From sequence record PQ871103.1: a stretch of 64,000 nt of DNA; one strand, given 5' to 3'. Source of the stretch: Escherichia phage vB_Eco_ZCEC15. Positions 16,423 through 26,893 of the stretch are shown here, piece by piece. Both the position numbers and the translations under genes were made by a program. The notes beneath the pieces are model-generated. The model saw only the letters and a list, made by a program, of their open reading frames with translations. It did not search any database and was not told where the DNA came from. Positions within the stretch are counted from its first letter, which is position 1. Each line of letters opens with the position of its first letter.

Positions 16423-17559
16423 TTATGGATAGGTATAGATGATACCAGTTTCTAAAGCAGTTTTATGAATGATGTATCCATTACGTGATTCTTGAACATC
16501 AACTTCTGGATAGTCTTTCATCATCTTTTGAAGAGTGTAACGATGCAGATAGTATTTACTGTCTGGATCTTCAGTTTTCCAATCTTTACCTTCTTCGGTC
16601 ATTTTTTGGATTTCATCCATAACCCACCAACCGCACCAGATATAAGCTGAAGTACGATGTGGAAGAGGATGAACATAAGGCAATTCACCTTCTGGTTCCG
16701 GAGCAACTTTATCAGTTACCTGAACTTGGCCTGTTGCTTTAACTGTTTTACTATCATAGTCGGTTGCTGTAACGACAGCAGTAACTTCAATAGTTTGACT
16801 TCCAATAGATGAGGTGTCAACGGTGTATACGTTAGTTGACCCTTCTACAAGAGAAGAATCTTTCTTCCATGAATAAGTAATTTGTGCTGCTTCAGGTGCT
16901 CCAGTAACATTAGCCGTAAATGTAGCCGAAGCATCTTGCTGAACGTTAATAGAAGGAGGAGTCAATGTAACCTGTGGATTCATTGTCTTCTTATTAACTG
17001 TCAATGATACTTCATTAGAAGTAACTTCCTTTTCATTGTAATTTTCAGCCGTTACTTGGGCTACACACTTAACTGTTTTAGCTCCAACTGTGGTAGGAGT
17101 ATAGTTAAATGTAGCAGAAGTCGCTTCACCAATTTGAGAATCATCTACATACCACTGATACGTAGCGTTTGCACCTGATGGCTGTGAAGCTAAGGCAGCG
17201 GTAAATTCAATTGGAGTTCCAATCACTCCAGCATCAGGGCTACCAGGAGTTACAGCTAAAGTAGTTGTTTGTGTCTTATTTTGAACTGTGATAGTTGTCG
17301 TAGTTTCTGCTGTTTCAGGTTCAGCTTCAGATTCTGGAACTGTATTTGTTGCAACTACTTTAATAGTCTTTTGACCTGCAGGTCCTTTTAGTACATAGCT
17401 AAAAGTTGCTTCAGCTCCATCCTGTGGAACATTATCTACACTCCAAGCATAGGTAATAGTTCCACCTTCAGTTTGACCACTGGGTGTAGCAGTAAACTGC
17501 TTGGTTTCATCAATAACTCCTGTTGGGGTTTTAGGAGTTATATCAACTGTAAAAGTCAT
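16423..17559 (-). CDS. hoc: Hoc, highly immunogenic outer capsid protein (Ig-like repeats)
   Basis: 378 aa; repeated Thr/Val-rich Ig-like modules; position between rnlB block and inh. Confidence 0.85.
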   Translation of the reverse strand: MTFTVDITPKTPTGVIDETKQFTATPSGQTEGGTITYAWSVDNVPQDGAEATFSYVLKGPAGQKTIKVVATNTVPESEAEPETAETTTTITVQNKTQTTTLAVTPGSPDAGVIGTPIEFTAALASQPSGANATYQWYVDDSQIGEATSATFNYTPTTVGAKTVKCVAQVTAENYNEKEVTSNEVSLTVNKKTMNPQVTLTPPSINVQQDASATFTANVTGAPEAAQITYSWKKDSSLVEGSTNVYTVDTSSIGSQTIEVTAVVTATDYDSKTVKATGQVQVTDKVAPEPEGELPYVHPLPHRTSAYIWCGWWVMDEIQKMTEEGKDWKTEDPDSKYYLHRYTLQKMMKDYPEVDVQESRNGYIIHKTALETGIIYTYP

Positions 17560-17568
17560 AAGTTATCC

Positions 17569-18249
17569 TTATTTTAATGTTACGAAAGAAGAATTGCGTG
17601 TTTCACGAATTAGAACTGATCCGTCACGATTAATGTAGTAAATTAAGCTAAATAAAGTTTGATGCGCAGACGCATGTTCAAAACTGGTTGGGCGAGATTT
17701 CCAATCTGGAGTTTCAGCAATCCATTGGTAAATCCACCAAGGAACAGTGCAGAATCCTGGATTTTTTCCAATCAGCTGAAGATTCGGACTAAAGTTTTCC
17801 GGAAGAGTAAATACAGACGGCTTTTCAGATTCAATAATCTCAGATACAGCCTGTTCAAATTTTTCTTCAACAAAAGGAGTATCTTCAATCAAAACATCGG
17901 TATTTTCAGGAATTTTATCCGTTTCTACTACTTCAATTTTAATGTCAGATTTAACCGGAGAATCAATCAGAAGTGCTGCTTCTGGATTGACTTCTTCATC
18001 GTCATATTTTAATCCCTCTGCAGCATCAGCAGCATCAATTAAGTCTTTAATAGATAACCCATCAGTCTCCGGCATAGGTTCACTAGCGAGCTTCTGGAGG
18101 GCTTCTTCAATATCAACAACGATATTATCAAAAGATTTATTCTTTTTGACCTTTATACCAAACTGTTCAGCGTATTCAGCTAATTTAGCTTTAGCTTCTT
18201 TATTATCATCAAGAGCCTTCAGCTCTGCAATATAATCTTTATCTATCAT
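17569..18249 (-). CDS. inh: Inh, inhibitor of prohead protease
   Basis: 226 aa, position adjacent to hoc. Confidence 0.75.
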   Translation of the reverse strand: MIDKDYIAELKALDDNKEAKAKLAEYAEQFGIKVKKNKSFDNIVVDIEEALQKLASEPMPETDGLSIKDLIDAADAAEGLKYDDEEVNPEAALLIDSPVKSDIKIEVVETDKIPENTDVLIEDTPFVEEKFEQAVSEIIESEKPSVFTLPENFSPNLQLIGKNPGFCTVPWWIYQWIAETPDWKSRPTSFEHASAHQTLFSLIYYINRDGSVLIRETRNSSFVTLK

Positions 18250-18262
18250 AATATTTCCTCAG

Positions 18263-18270
18263 TATAAATA
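18263..18270 (+). promoter_or_regulatory. Late promoter box TATAAATA upstream of segE
   Basis: Exact motif 28 nt upstream of ATG 18299. Confidence 0.5.
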
Positions 18271-18298
18271 TAGATATATTTATTACTCGGAAAATAGT

Positions 18299-18916
18299 AT
18301 GTACCACTTTGTATATGAAACAACAAATCTAATAAATGGTAAAAAGTATATAGGAAAACACTCTACTGATGACTTGAATGATGGTTACCTTGGTTCCGGT
18401 AAGGCAATTCAGCAGGCTATAAAGAAATATGGTGAAAACAATTTCTCTAGAACAATACTAAAAGAGTTTAAAACTTCCGAAGAAGCGTACATGTATGAAG
18501 AAGAAATTATAACTCCTGAACTAATAAAAAGCAAAAATTATTATAATATGAAACCTGGTGGAATTGGTGGAATTGTTATGACTACAGAGGTTATAGCAAA
18601 GATGAAAGAATCTTCCGCTAAAAGATTTGAAAACTCACCAGGCACGGTATTAGGTAAAACTTGTTACACTAATGGAACTAAAAATATTTTTATTAAACCT
18701 GGAGAACTTGTTCCAGAAGGATTTGTAAAAGGGATGGTTCATCCTAATAGAAAGTCCAGAAAAGGATGTAAAGTCAAACCGACTACCACAGGAACTTTTT
18801 GGGTCAATAATGGCGCAATAAATAAATTAATACAACCAGACGGTATTATTCCCGACGGATTTATTAAAGGTCGTCTCATGAAAAGAGATTCTAAAGGCAA
18901 ATTTAGTAAGGCATAA
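18299..18916 (+). CDS. segE: GIY-YIG homing endonuclease SegE
   Basis: 205 aa; N-terminal FVY...(10)...YIGKH GIY-YIG motif; position between inh and uvsW. Confidence 0.8.
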   Translation: MYHFVYETTNLINGKKYIGKHSTDDLNDGYLGSGKAIQQAIKKYGENNFSRTILKEFKTSEEAYMYEEEIITPELIKSKNYYNMKPGGIGGIVMTTEVIAKMKESSAKRFENSPGTVLGKTCYTNGTKNIFIKPGELVPEGFVKGMVHPNRKSRKGCKVKPTTTGTFWVNNGAINKLIQPDGIIPDGFIKGRLMKRDSKGKFSKA

Positions 18917-18918
18917 TT

Positions 18919-20427
18919 ATGGATATTAAAGTACATTTTCACGACTTCAGTCATGTACGCATCGATTGTGAAGAGAGCACGTTCCACGAATTAAGAGATT
19001 TCTTTTCGTTTGAAGCTGATGGGTATAGATTTAACCCTCGCTTCAGATATGGCAACTGGGATGGACGAATCCGTCTTTTAGATTATAATCGACTTCTTCC
19101 ATTCGGCTTAGTCGGGCAAATTAAAAAGTTCTGTGATAACTTTGGCTATAAAGCCTGGATTGATCCACAAATTAACGAAAAAGAAGAATTATCAAGAAAA
19201 GATTTTGATGAATGGCTTTCTAAATTAGAAATCTATTCAGGAAATAAAAGAATTGAACCACACTGGTATCAAAAAGATGCAGTGTTCGAAGGATTAGTTA
19301 ATCGTCGTAGAATTCTTAATCTTCCAACATCCGCAGGTAAATCTTTAATTCAAGCTTTGCTTGCTCGGTATTATTTGGAAAATTATGAAGGTAAAATTCT
19401 TATCATTGTTCCAACAACTGCTCTGACAACTCAGATGGCTGATGACTTTGTTGACTATCGTTTATTCAGTCATGCAATGATAAAGAAAATCGGCGGTGGA
19501 GCATCAAAAGATGATAAATATAAAAATGATGCACCGGTCGTTGTTGGTACATGGCAAACTGTAGTAAAACAACCAAAAGAATGGTTCTCACAGTTTGGAA
19601 TGATGATGAATGATGAATGCCATCTTGCTACAGGAAAAAGTATTTCATCTATCATATCAGGTTTAAATAACTGTATGTTTAAATTTGGTTTGTCTGGTTC
19701 ATTGCGCGATGGCAAAGCCAATATCATGCAGTATGTTGGAATGTTTGGTGAAATATTTAAGCCAGTAACGACTTCTAAATTAATGGAAGATGGACAAGTA
19801 ACTGAGTTAAAAATTAATAGTATTTTTCTTCGCTATCCCGATGAGTTCACTACTAAATTAAAGGGAAAAACTTACCAAGAAGAAATAAAAATTATTACTG
19901 GGCTCAGTAAAAGAAATAAATGGATCGCTAAATTAGCTATTAAGCTTGCGCAAAAAGATGAAAACGCTTTTGTCATGTTTAAACACGTATCACATGGTAA
20001 AGCTATTTTCGATTTAATTAAAAATGAATACGATAAAGTTTATTACGTATCAGGGGAAGTTGATACCGAAACCCGCAATGTAATGAAAACCTTAGCTGAA
20101 AATGGTAAAGGAATAATTATAGTAGCTAGTTATGGTGTATTTTCTACTGGTATTTCAGTTAAAAATCTACATCACGTTGTTTTAGCGCACGGTGTTAAAT
20201 CAAAAATCATTGTATTACAAACAATCGGTCGTGTATTACGTAAGCATGGTTCTAAGACAATAGCAACAGTCTGGGACCTCATAGATGATTGCGGTGTTAA
20301 GCCAAAATCTGCTAATACGAAAAAGAAATACGTTCATTTGAACTATCTTTTAAAACACGGCATTGATCGTATTCAGCGCTACGCAGATGAAAAATTTAAT
20401 TACGTAATGAAAACAGTTAATTTATAA
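18919..20427 (+). CDS. uvsW: UvsW DNA/RNA helicase
   Basis: 502 aa; Walker A PTSAGKS; DECH box. Confidence 0.9.
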   Translation: MDIKVHFHDFSHVRIDCEESTFHELRDFFSFEADGYRFNPRFRYGNWDGRIRLLDYNRLLPFGLVGQIKKFCDNFGYKAWIDPQINEKEELSRKDFDEWLSKLEIYSGNKRIEPHWYQKDAVFEGLVNRRRILNLPTSAGKSLIQALLARYYLENYEGKILIIVPTTALTTQMADDFVDYRLFSHAMIKKIGGGASKDDKYKNDAPVVVGTWQTVVKQPKEWFSQFGMMMNDECHLATGKSISSIISGLNNCMFKFGLSGSLRDGKANIMQYVGMFGEIFKPVTTSKLMEDGQVTELKINSIFLRYPDEFTTKLKGKTYQEEIKIITGLSKRNKWIAKLAIKLAQKDENAFVMFKHVSHGKAIFDLIKNEYDKVYYVSGEVDTETRNVMKTLAENGKGIIIVASYGVFSTGISVKNLHHVVLAHGVKSKIIVLQTIGRVLRKHGSKTIATVWDLIDDCGVKPKSANTKKKYVHLNYLLKHGIDRIQRYADEKFNYVMKTVNL

Positions 20428-20452
20428 GGGCTTCGGCCCTTTGGAGAAAAAG

Positions 20453-20683
20453 ATGTTACTAGAATTTAAACAATTTCTTTATGAAGCTTCTATTGATGAA
20501 TTTATGGGTAAAATTGCCTCTTGTCAAACAATAGAAGGTCTAGAAGAACTTGAAGCTTATTATAAGAAAAGAGTTAAAGAAACTGAATTAAAAGATACTG
20601 ATGACATCTCTGTGAGAGATGCTTTGGCAGGAAAAAGAGCTGAATTAGAAGATTCAGACGATGAAGTAGAAGAAAGCTTTTAA
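20453..20683 (+). CDS. uvsW.1: UvsW.1 small helicase-associated protein
   Basis: 76 aa from ATG 20453 (GGAG upstream); listed ORF start 20441 is TTG in hairpin GGGCTTCGGCCC. Confidence 0.7.
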   Translation: MLLEFKQFLYEASIDEFMGKIASCQTIEGLEELEAYYKKRVKETELKDTDDISVRDALAGKRAELEDSDDEVEESF

Positions 20684-20692
20684 ATTAAAAAA

Positions 20693-20715
20693 GGCCCAAC
20701 CAAAAAGGAAGGGCC
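20693..20715 (-). terminator. Hairpin GGCCC...GGGCC followed by T6 on - strand (end of uvsY operon)
   Basis: Stem-loop downstream of the 55-codon ORF stop. Confidence 0.45.
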
Positions 20716-20738
20716 AAAACTATAGACTAAAGGTCACA

Positions 20739-20906
20739 CTATAGCAAAAGTTGTGTTTCATTTAATTGTTCTTCCGAACTTTCTGAAACTGGTAGTTCTT
20801 TAATGTAATTATAACAAGGCCCAGGATGTACAGGACCTTTGTCTGTTTCAACAACCAATGCAGAATCGATTGGAGTTTTACAGACAACGCAAATCTTATC
20901 TGACAT
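20739..20906 (-). CDS. uvsY.-2: Small Cys-containing protein (uvsY.-2-like), not in supplied ORF track
   Basis: 55 codons read by eye: ATG with GAGGAG RBS; MSDKICVVCKTPIDS...HPGPCYNY. Confidence 0.6.
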   Translation of the reverse strand: MSDKICVVCKTPIDSALVVETDKGPVHPGPCYNYIKELPVSESSEEQLNETQLLL

Positions 20907-20934
20907 GATTGTCTCCTCTAAATTATATATCTAT

Positions 20935-21159
20935 TTATATAACTCTCATATGCATATCAATGCCCATATCTTTAGAATAAAAATATTCATCAAGATATCC
21001 GGCAAATTTTCCTTTAACATAAAGTACATCTTCACCACATGGATGGTCGGCCAGGATACGAATATCCTGACGCTTGAGATTATACTTTTTCATTAAGAAT
21101 TGAATTTCCGTTTCGAATTCTTCTTCATAATTAAAAGCATCATCAATGCTATATTTCAT
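20935..21159 (-). CDS. uvsY.-1: Hypothetical protein (uvsY.-1-like)
   Basis: 74 aa; start overlaps uvsY stop. Confidence 0.65.
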   Translation of the reverse strand: MKYSIDDAFNYEEEFETEIQFLMKKYNLKRQDIRILADHPCGEDVLYVKGKFAGYLDEYFYSKDMGIDMHMRVI

Positions 21160-21572
21160 TATTTTCCAGCCTCAAATGCTCGCATGTCTTGAATATGCTT
21201 AATAGCAAATCCGCGTGATTTAATAGCATCAAGAGCTCCGCTACAGAAATCCAATAAAATTCCCCAATACTGCAATGAAGTATCAACTTTTAAAACATCC
21301 TTATCAGCTGATAGAACTGTCTTCATTTCTGATTTCTCATAACGGTCCATACTAAATTCATCACCATCTCCTCGTCCCGAGTAGTAGTCTAATTTAGCTT
21401 TAAGAGCAACTTTTTTCTGTGCTTCAATTCTAAGCATTTCCTTTTTAATACTTGAATGCTTATTGAGCCATTTACTATATAACATCACATTATTAGCTGC
21501 TTCATACTGTAATTTAGTCGAATCTATAAACACATCTTTCTTCAATTCTTCTTGAAGATCTTCTAATTTCAT
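21159..21572 (-). CDS. uvsY: UvsY recombination mediator protein
   Basis: 137 aa as T4 UvsY; position. Confidence 0.9.
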   Translation of the reverse strand: MKLEDLQEELKKDVFIDSTKLQYEAANNVMLYSKWLNKHSSIKKEMLRIEAQKKVALKAKLDYYSGRGDGDEFSMDRYEKSEMKTVLSADKDVLKVDTSLQYWGILLDFCSGALDAIKSRGFAIKHIQDMRAFEAGK

Positions 21573-21612
21573 ATTGTTCTCTATTCAATTGTTATTGGAT
21601 GGACTTAGATTC

Positions 21613-21639
21613 ATTATACCACGTTTATACGTGAAGCAT
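21613..21639 (-). promoter_or_regulatory. Middle (MotA-dependent) promoter for uvsY: MotA box ATGCTTCA, 13-nt spacer, -10 TATAAT
   Basis: - strand reads ATAATGCTTCAcgtataaacgtggTATAAT about 40 nt upstream of uvsY ATG. Confidence 0.6.
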
Positions 21640-22037
21640 TATACTCTGTTACTGGAAGCCAGTTGTAGTTTTATCTGCTCAATATCATCAGGGTTATCGA
21701 TGACTGAAAAGCGTATTTCTACTATCAGAGTATAATCATCATAAACCGGTATTACATTAACTGCTAATTTATCAATACGTGGCTCGTAGTTTCTTACTGC
21801 GCTTTCAATGTTACGCTCAACAGTATCAGCAGTAAGAGGAGTCATATTCTCAAAAAGCTGATCAGATAAATCGCATCCAAATTCTGGGTCAAATGGCCTT
21901 GACCCTTTCCTGGTTGTAATAATTCCTAAAAGGCTATTTTTAATTGACCTTAATCCAAGGGATCTAGAAACATCTTTATCCCAATCCATTTTCATTTCTG
22001 GGTCAATGTCAGAATAAAGCTTATTAATATTTGCCAT
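21639..22037 (-). CDS. 25: Baseplate wedge protein gp25
   Basis: 132 aa as T4 gp25; position. Confidence 0.9.
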   Translation of the reverse strand: MANINKLYSDIDPEMKMDWDKDVSRSLGLRSIKNSLLGIITTRKGSRPFDPEFGCDLSDQLFENMTPLTADTVERNIESAVRNYEPRIDKLAVNVIPVYDDYTLIVEIRFSVIDNPDDIEQIKLQLASSNRV

Positions 22038-22663
22038 TACAATAGCTCAAAGAATTCTTTGAGTCCTCTTATTACATGAGCGTGAGTTTTTCCACACTCT
22101 GGACACTTAATTGGAACAGCCAAATAAACAGTAGGCTTTAAAAGCATATCTTTTATAGCTACAATATCTGACTCTGTGATGATAGAATATAAATCTTCCA
22201 GTTCTTTTTCATTTAAGTCTTCAACTGGAATGCTTTCACCGTTAGCATGAATCGTTTCTATACATGATACTATCATGTGGGCTATATTTTTATCATCAAA
22301 AATTTTAGGGTAATGGAACTTAATTTTAATGTCACCCAGTGTATACCAGAGGTCTTCTGGTGCATCTATTTGTGTATGTAATAGATTTATATGGGTTGGT
22401 ATTTCAGTTCCACAGGTGCACTTCCAGGAGTTTTCATGATTAACTTCTCCAAGAGAATGCGCCCATAAATGAATCAGCAGTAGTTCTGATTCTTGACGGT
22501 TTAAATCTTTTGCATTTGTGCATTCTTTAATTAGCTTTTTAACGATCTCTTCTACTGAACCGTTCTTTTTAGCAGTAATAAGTTCTAGATATTCTTTAAG
22601 AGTAAATGCGCGACAGTTGATTATTTTAGAACCAACTCTCACATCAAATTTGTATTCATACAT
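22037..22663 (-). CDS. 26: Baseplate hub protein gp26
   Basis: 208 aa; position. Confidence 0.85.
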   Translation of the reverse strand: MYEYKFDVRVGSKIINCRAFTLKEYLELITAKKNGSVEEIVKKLIKECTNAKDLNRQESELLLIHLWAHSLGEVNHENSWKCTCGTEIPTHINLLHTQIDAPEDLWYTLGDIKIKFHYPKIFDDKNIAHMIVSCIETIHANGESIPVEDLNEKELEDLYSIITESDIVAIKDMLLKPTVYLAVPIKCPECGKTHAHVIRGLKEFFELL

Positions 22664-22684
22664 ATTTAGCTCCTTTATTTATCA

Positions 22685-22696
22685 TATTTATAAATA
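22685..22696. promoter_or_regulatory. Divergent late promoters (TATAAATA on both strands) for gene 26 (-) and gene 51 (+)
   Basis: Sequence TATTTATAAATA contains the late box in both orientations. Confidence 0.55.
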
Positions 22697-22713
22697 GAAT
22701 AAAAGGAGCATCT

Positions 22714-23466
22714 ATGGCAAACATTATTCGCTGTAAATTACCAGATGGTGTTCATCGTTTTAAACCATTTACGGTAGAAGATTATCGAGATTTTTTGTTA
22801 GTTCGAAACGATATAGAACATCGGTCACCACAAGAACAAAAAGAAATAATTGCTGATTTAATTGCTGATTATTTTGGAGACTATCCAAAGACTTGGCAGC
22901 CATTTATATTTTTGCAGGTATTTGTAGGGTCAATAGGTAAAACTAAAGTACCGGTCACATTTGTATGTCCAAAATGCAAAAAAGAAAAGACAGTTCCATT
23001 TGAAATATATCAAAAAGAATTAAAGGAACCTGTTTTTGATGTAGCTAATGTTAAAATTAAATTAAAGTTTCCTTCTGAGTTTTATGAAAATAAAGCAAAG
23101 ATGATTACTGAAAATATTCATTCCGTTCAAGTAGATGAAATGTGGTATGATTGGAAGGAAATTAGCGAATCGAGTCAAATAGAACTTGTTGATGCCATCG
23201 AGATAGAAACATTAGAAAAAATTCTCGATGCAATGAATCCTATTAATTTAACACTGCATATGTCGTGTTGTAATAAGTATGTAAAAAAATACACTGATAT
23301 AGTAGATGTGTTTAAGCTATTAGTTAATCCAGATGAGATATTTACTTTTTATCAAATTAATCACACACTTGTAAAAAGTAATTATAGCTTAAATTCAATA
23401 ATGAAAATGATTCCTGCTGAGCGCGGATTCGTATTAAAACTGATTGAGAAGGATAAACAACAATGA
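22714..23466 (+). CDS. 51: Baseplate hub assembly catalyst gp51
   Basis: 250 aa; position. Confidence 0.85.
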   Translation: MANIIRCKLPDGVHRFKPFTVEDYRDFLLVRNDIEHRSPQEQKEIIADLIADYFGDYPKTWQPFIFLQVFVGSIGKTKVPVTFVCPKCKKEKTVPFEIYQKELKEPVFDVANVKIKLKFPSEFYENKAKMITENIHSVQVDEMWYDWKEISESSQIELVDAIEIETLEKILDAMNPINLTLHMSCCNKYVKKYTDIVDVFKLLVNPDEIFTFYQINHTLVKSNYSLNSIMKMIPAERGFVLKLIEKDKQQ

Positions 23467-24638
23467 GTATGTTGCAACGCCCCGGATATCCAAATCTCAG
23501 CGTTAAATTATTTGAGAGTTATGACGCTTGGAGTAATAATAGATTTGTTGAATTAGCTGCTACTATTACCACATTAACTATGCGGGATTCTCTTTATGGT
23601 CGAAATGAAGGAATGCTGCAGTTTTATGATTCTAAAAATATCCATACAAAAATGGATGGAAATGAAATAATTCAGATTTCTGTAGCTAATGCAAACGATA
23701 TTAATAATGTTAAAACACGAATTTATGGGTGTAAGCACTTTTCCGTATCGGTAGATTCAAAGGGTGATAACATCATTGCTATTGAATTGGGAACTATTCA
23801 TTCTATAGAAAATCTTAAATTTGGCAGACCGTTTTTCTCTGATGCAGGTGAATCTATAAAGGAAATGCTTGGTGTCATTTATCAGGATCGCACGTTATTA
23901 ACTCCAGCAATAAATGCTATAAATGCTTATGTTCCTGATATTCCATGGACTAGCACATTTGAAAACTATTTGTCGTATGTCAGAGAAGTTGCTCTAGCTG
24001 TAGGAAGTGACAAATTTGTATTTGTATGGCAAGACATCATGGGAGTTAACATGATGGACTATGATATGATGATAAATCAAGAACCATATCCAATGATTGT
24101 CGGTGAGCCATCTTTAATAGGTCAATTCATCCAAGAATTAAAATATCCATTAGCATATGATTTCGTTTGGTTGACTAAATCGAATCCTCATAAACGCGAC
24201 CCAATGAAAAATGCTACTATCTATGCTCATTCATTTTTAGATTCTTCATTGCCAATGATTACTACAGGAAAGGGCGAAAACTCTATTGTAGTGTCAAGGT
24301 CAGGTGCTTATTCTGAAATGACTTATAGGAATGGATATGAAGAAGCTATTCGTCTTCAAACTATGGCGCAATATGATGGCTATGCTAAATGTTCTACTGT
24401 CGGTAATTTTAACTTGACTCCTGGTGTTAAAATTATTTTTAATGATAGTAAAAACCAATTTAAAACAGAATTTTACGTTGATGAAGTTATCCATGAATTA
24501 TCAAATAATAATTCAGTAACTCATCTATATATGTTCACTAATGCAACGAAACTGGAAACAATAGACCCAGTTAAGGTTAAAAATGAATTTAAATCTGATA
24601 CTACCACTGAAGAAAGTAGTTCTTCCAATAAGCAATAA
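23463..24638 (+). CDS. 27: Baseplate hub subunit gp27
   Basis: 391 aa as T4 gp27. Confidence 0.9.
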   Translation: MSMLQRPGYPNLSVKLFESYDAWSNNRFVELAATITTLTMRDSLYGRNEGMLQFYDSKNIHTKMDGNEIIQISVANANDINNVKTRIYGCKHFSVSVDSKGDNIIAIELGTIHSIENLKFGRPFFSDAGESIKEMLGVIYQDRTLLTPAINAINAYVPDIPWTSTFENYLSYVREVALAVGSDKFVFVWQDIMGVNMMDYDMMINQEPYPMIVGEPSLIGQFIQELKYPLAYDFVWLTKSNPHKRDPMKNATIYAHSFLDSSLPMITTGKGENSIVVSRSGAYSEMTYRNGYEEAIRLQTMAQYDGYAKCSTVGNFNLTPGVKIIFNDSKNQFKTEFYVDEVIHELSNNNSVTHLYMFTNATKLETIDPVKVKNEFKSDTTTEESSSSNKQ

Positions 24639-25116
24639 AGAAGTTTCTATTCCTAAAATGGGTCTTAAACATTATAACATTTTAAAAGATGTTAAAGGTC
24701 CTGATGAAAATTTAAAACTTTTGATCGATTCTATTTGTCCGAATTTATCACCAGCAGAAGTTGATTTCGTTTCCATTCATTTATTGGAATTTAATGGAAA
24801 GATTAAATCTCGTAAAGAAATAGATTGTTATACTTATGACATAAATGACGTTTATGTATGCCAAAGATTAGAATTTCAATACCGAGGAAATACATTTTAT
24901 TTTAGACCTCCTGGAAAATTTGAGCAATTTTTGACAGTAAGCGATATGTTATCTAAATGCTTGCTTAAGGTCAATGATGAAGTTAAAGAAATTAATTTTC
25001 TTGAGATGCCAGCATTTGTATTAAAATGGGCAAATGATATTTCTACAACTTTAGCAATTCCTGGCCCTAATGGTCCAATAACTGGAATTGGCAATATTAT
25101 TGGATTATTTGAATGA
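24583..25116 (+). CDS. 28: Baseplate hub distal subunit gp28 (overlaps 3' end of gene 27)
   Basis: 177 aa; AAGG RBS; 56-nt overlap with gp27. Confidence 0.8.
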   Translation: MNLNLILPLKKVVLPISNKEVSIPKMGLKHYNILKDVKGPDENLKLLIDSICPNLSPAEVDFVSIHLLEFNGKIKSRKEIDCYTYDINDVYVCQRLEFQYRGNTFYFRPPGKFEQFLTVSDMLSKCLLKVNDEVKEINFLEMPAFVLKWANDISTTLAIPGPNGPITGIGNIIGLFE

Positions 25117-26885
25117 AAAAGCCACAAGAAATGCAAACGATGCGTAGAAAAGTTATTTCAGATAATAAACCAGTTCAGGAAGCGGCTAAATCCGCTTCTA
25201 ACACTTTATCTGGGCTTAATGACATTTCTACAAAATTGGATGATGCTCAAGCTGCTTCTGAATTAATAGCTCAAACCGTTGAAGAAAAATCGAATGAAAT
25301 AATTAGAGCAATTGACAATGTAGAAAGCGCAGTGAGTGATACTACTGCTGGTTCTGAGTTAATTGCTGAAACTGTAGAAATTGGCAACAATATTAATAAA
25401 GAAATCGGTGAATCACTCGGAAGTAAATTAGATAAATTAACGAGTTTACTAGAACAAAAAATTCAAACAGCTGGAATTCAACAGACAGGAACCAGCTTAG
25501 CTGTAGTCGAAAGTGCTATTCCCGTTAAAGTTGTCGAGGATGATACAGCTGAATTTGTTGGTCCATTATTACCAGCTCCTGAAGCAGTTAATAATGATCC
25601 TGACGCTGATTTTTTCCCTGCCCCTCAACCAGTTGAACCTAAGCGAGAGTCACCGGAAGAAAAACAGAAAAAAGAAGCATTTAATTTAAAATTATCTCAA
25701 GCTTTAGATAAATTAACAAAGACTGTTGATTTTGGATTTAAAAAATCCATTTCAATTACTGATAAAATATCAAGCATGCTATTTAAGTATACTGTCAGTG
25801 CTGCTATTGAAGCTGCTAAAATGGTTGCATTAATAATGGCTGTTGTTATTGGAATAGACCTACTGATGGTTCATTTTAAATATTGGTCAGATAAATTTTC
25901 AAAAGCCTGGGATTTGTTTAGCACTGATTTTAAAACTTTTTCAAGCGAAACCGGAACTTGGGGTCCTTTATTACAGAGCATCTTTGAATCTATTGATGAA
26001 ATTAAAAAGTTCTGGGAAGCGGGAGATTGGGGCGGTTTGACGGTAGCTATTGTAGAAGGGCTTGGAAAGGTTCTTTATAATTTAGGAGAACTTATTCAGC
26101 TTGGAATGGCTAAATTATCAGCAGCAATTCTTCGAGTTATTCCTGGTATGAAAGATACTGCTGACGAAGTAGAAGGAAGAGCACTGGAAAATTTCCAAAA
26201 TTCTACTGGAGCATCTCTCAATAAAGAAGACCAGGAAAAAGTTGCGAATTATCAAGATAAACGAATGAATGGAGACCTTGGTCCGATAGCAGAAGGACTA
26301 GACAAAATTGCGAACTGGAAAACCCGTGCATCTAACTGGATTCGTGGTGTTGATAATAAAGAAGCATTGACAACTGATGAAGAACGCGCAGCAGAAGAAG
26401 AAAAATTAAAGCAACTTTCACCAGAAGAAAGAAAAAATGCTTTAATGAAGGCTAATGAAGCCCGTGCCGCGATGATTCGTTTTGAAAAATATGCTGATTC
26501 AGCTGATATGAGTAAAGACTCAACGGTTAAATCAGTTGAAGCTGCCTATGAAGACCTTAAAAAACGGATGGATGACCCGGATTTAAATAATTCACCGGCA
26601 GTTAAAAAAGAACTTGCTGCTAGATTTTCTAAAATTGATGCTACTTATCAAGAGCTCAAGAAAAATCAGCCTAATGCCAAACCTGAAACTTCTGCTAAAT
26701 CGCCAGAAGCAAAACAAGTCCAGGTAATAGAAAAGAACAAAGCACAGCAAGCTCCTGTTCAACAAGCATCTCCTTCAATCAATAATACTAATAATGTTAT
26801 TAAGAAAAATACTGTCGTTCATAATATGACACCCGTAACGAGCACAACTGCTCCTGGTGTATTTGGCGCGACTGGAGTTAATTAA
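25113..26885 (+). CDS. 29: Baseplate hub / tail length determinator gp29
   Basis: 590 aa; position. Confidence 0.9.
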   Translation: MKKPQEMQTMRRKVISDNKPVQEAAKSASNTLSGLNDISTKLDDAQAASELIAQTVEEKSNEIIRAIDNVESAVSDTTAGSELIAETVEIGNNINKEIGESLGSKLDKLTSLLEQKIQTAGIQQTGTSLAVVESAIPVKVVEDDTAEFVGPLLPAPEAVNNDPDADFFPAPQPVEPKRESPEEKQKKEAFNLKLSQALDKLTKTVDFGFKKSISITDKISSMLFKYTVSAAIEAAKMVALIMAVVIGIDLLMVHFKYWSDKFSKAWDLFSTDFKTFSSETGTWGPLLQSIFESIDEIKKFWEAGDWGGLTVAIVEGLGKVLYNLGELIQLGMAKLSAAILRVIPGMKDTADEVEGRALENFQNSTGASLNKEDQEKVANYQDKRMNGDLGPIAEGLDKIANWKTRASNWIRGVDNKEALTTDEERAAEEEKLKQLSPEERKNALMKANEARAAMIRFEKYADSADMSKDSTVKSVEAAYEDLKKRMDDPDLNNSPAVKKELAARFSKIDATYQELKKNQPNAKPETSAKSPEAKQVQVIEKNKAQQAPVQQASPSINNTNNVIKKNTVVHNMTPVTSTTAPGVFGATGVN

Positions 26886-26893
26886 GGAATAAT

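Noticed and set aside
17659-18235. 117-aa and 97-aa + strand ORFs
   Set aside because: Antisense within inh; no RBS; low-complexity translations.
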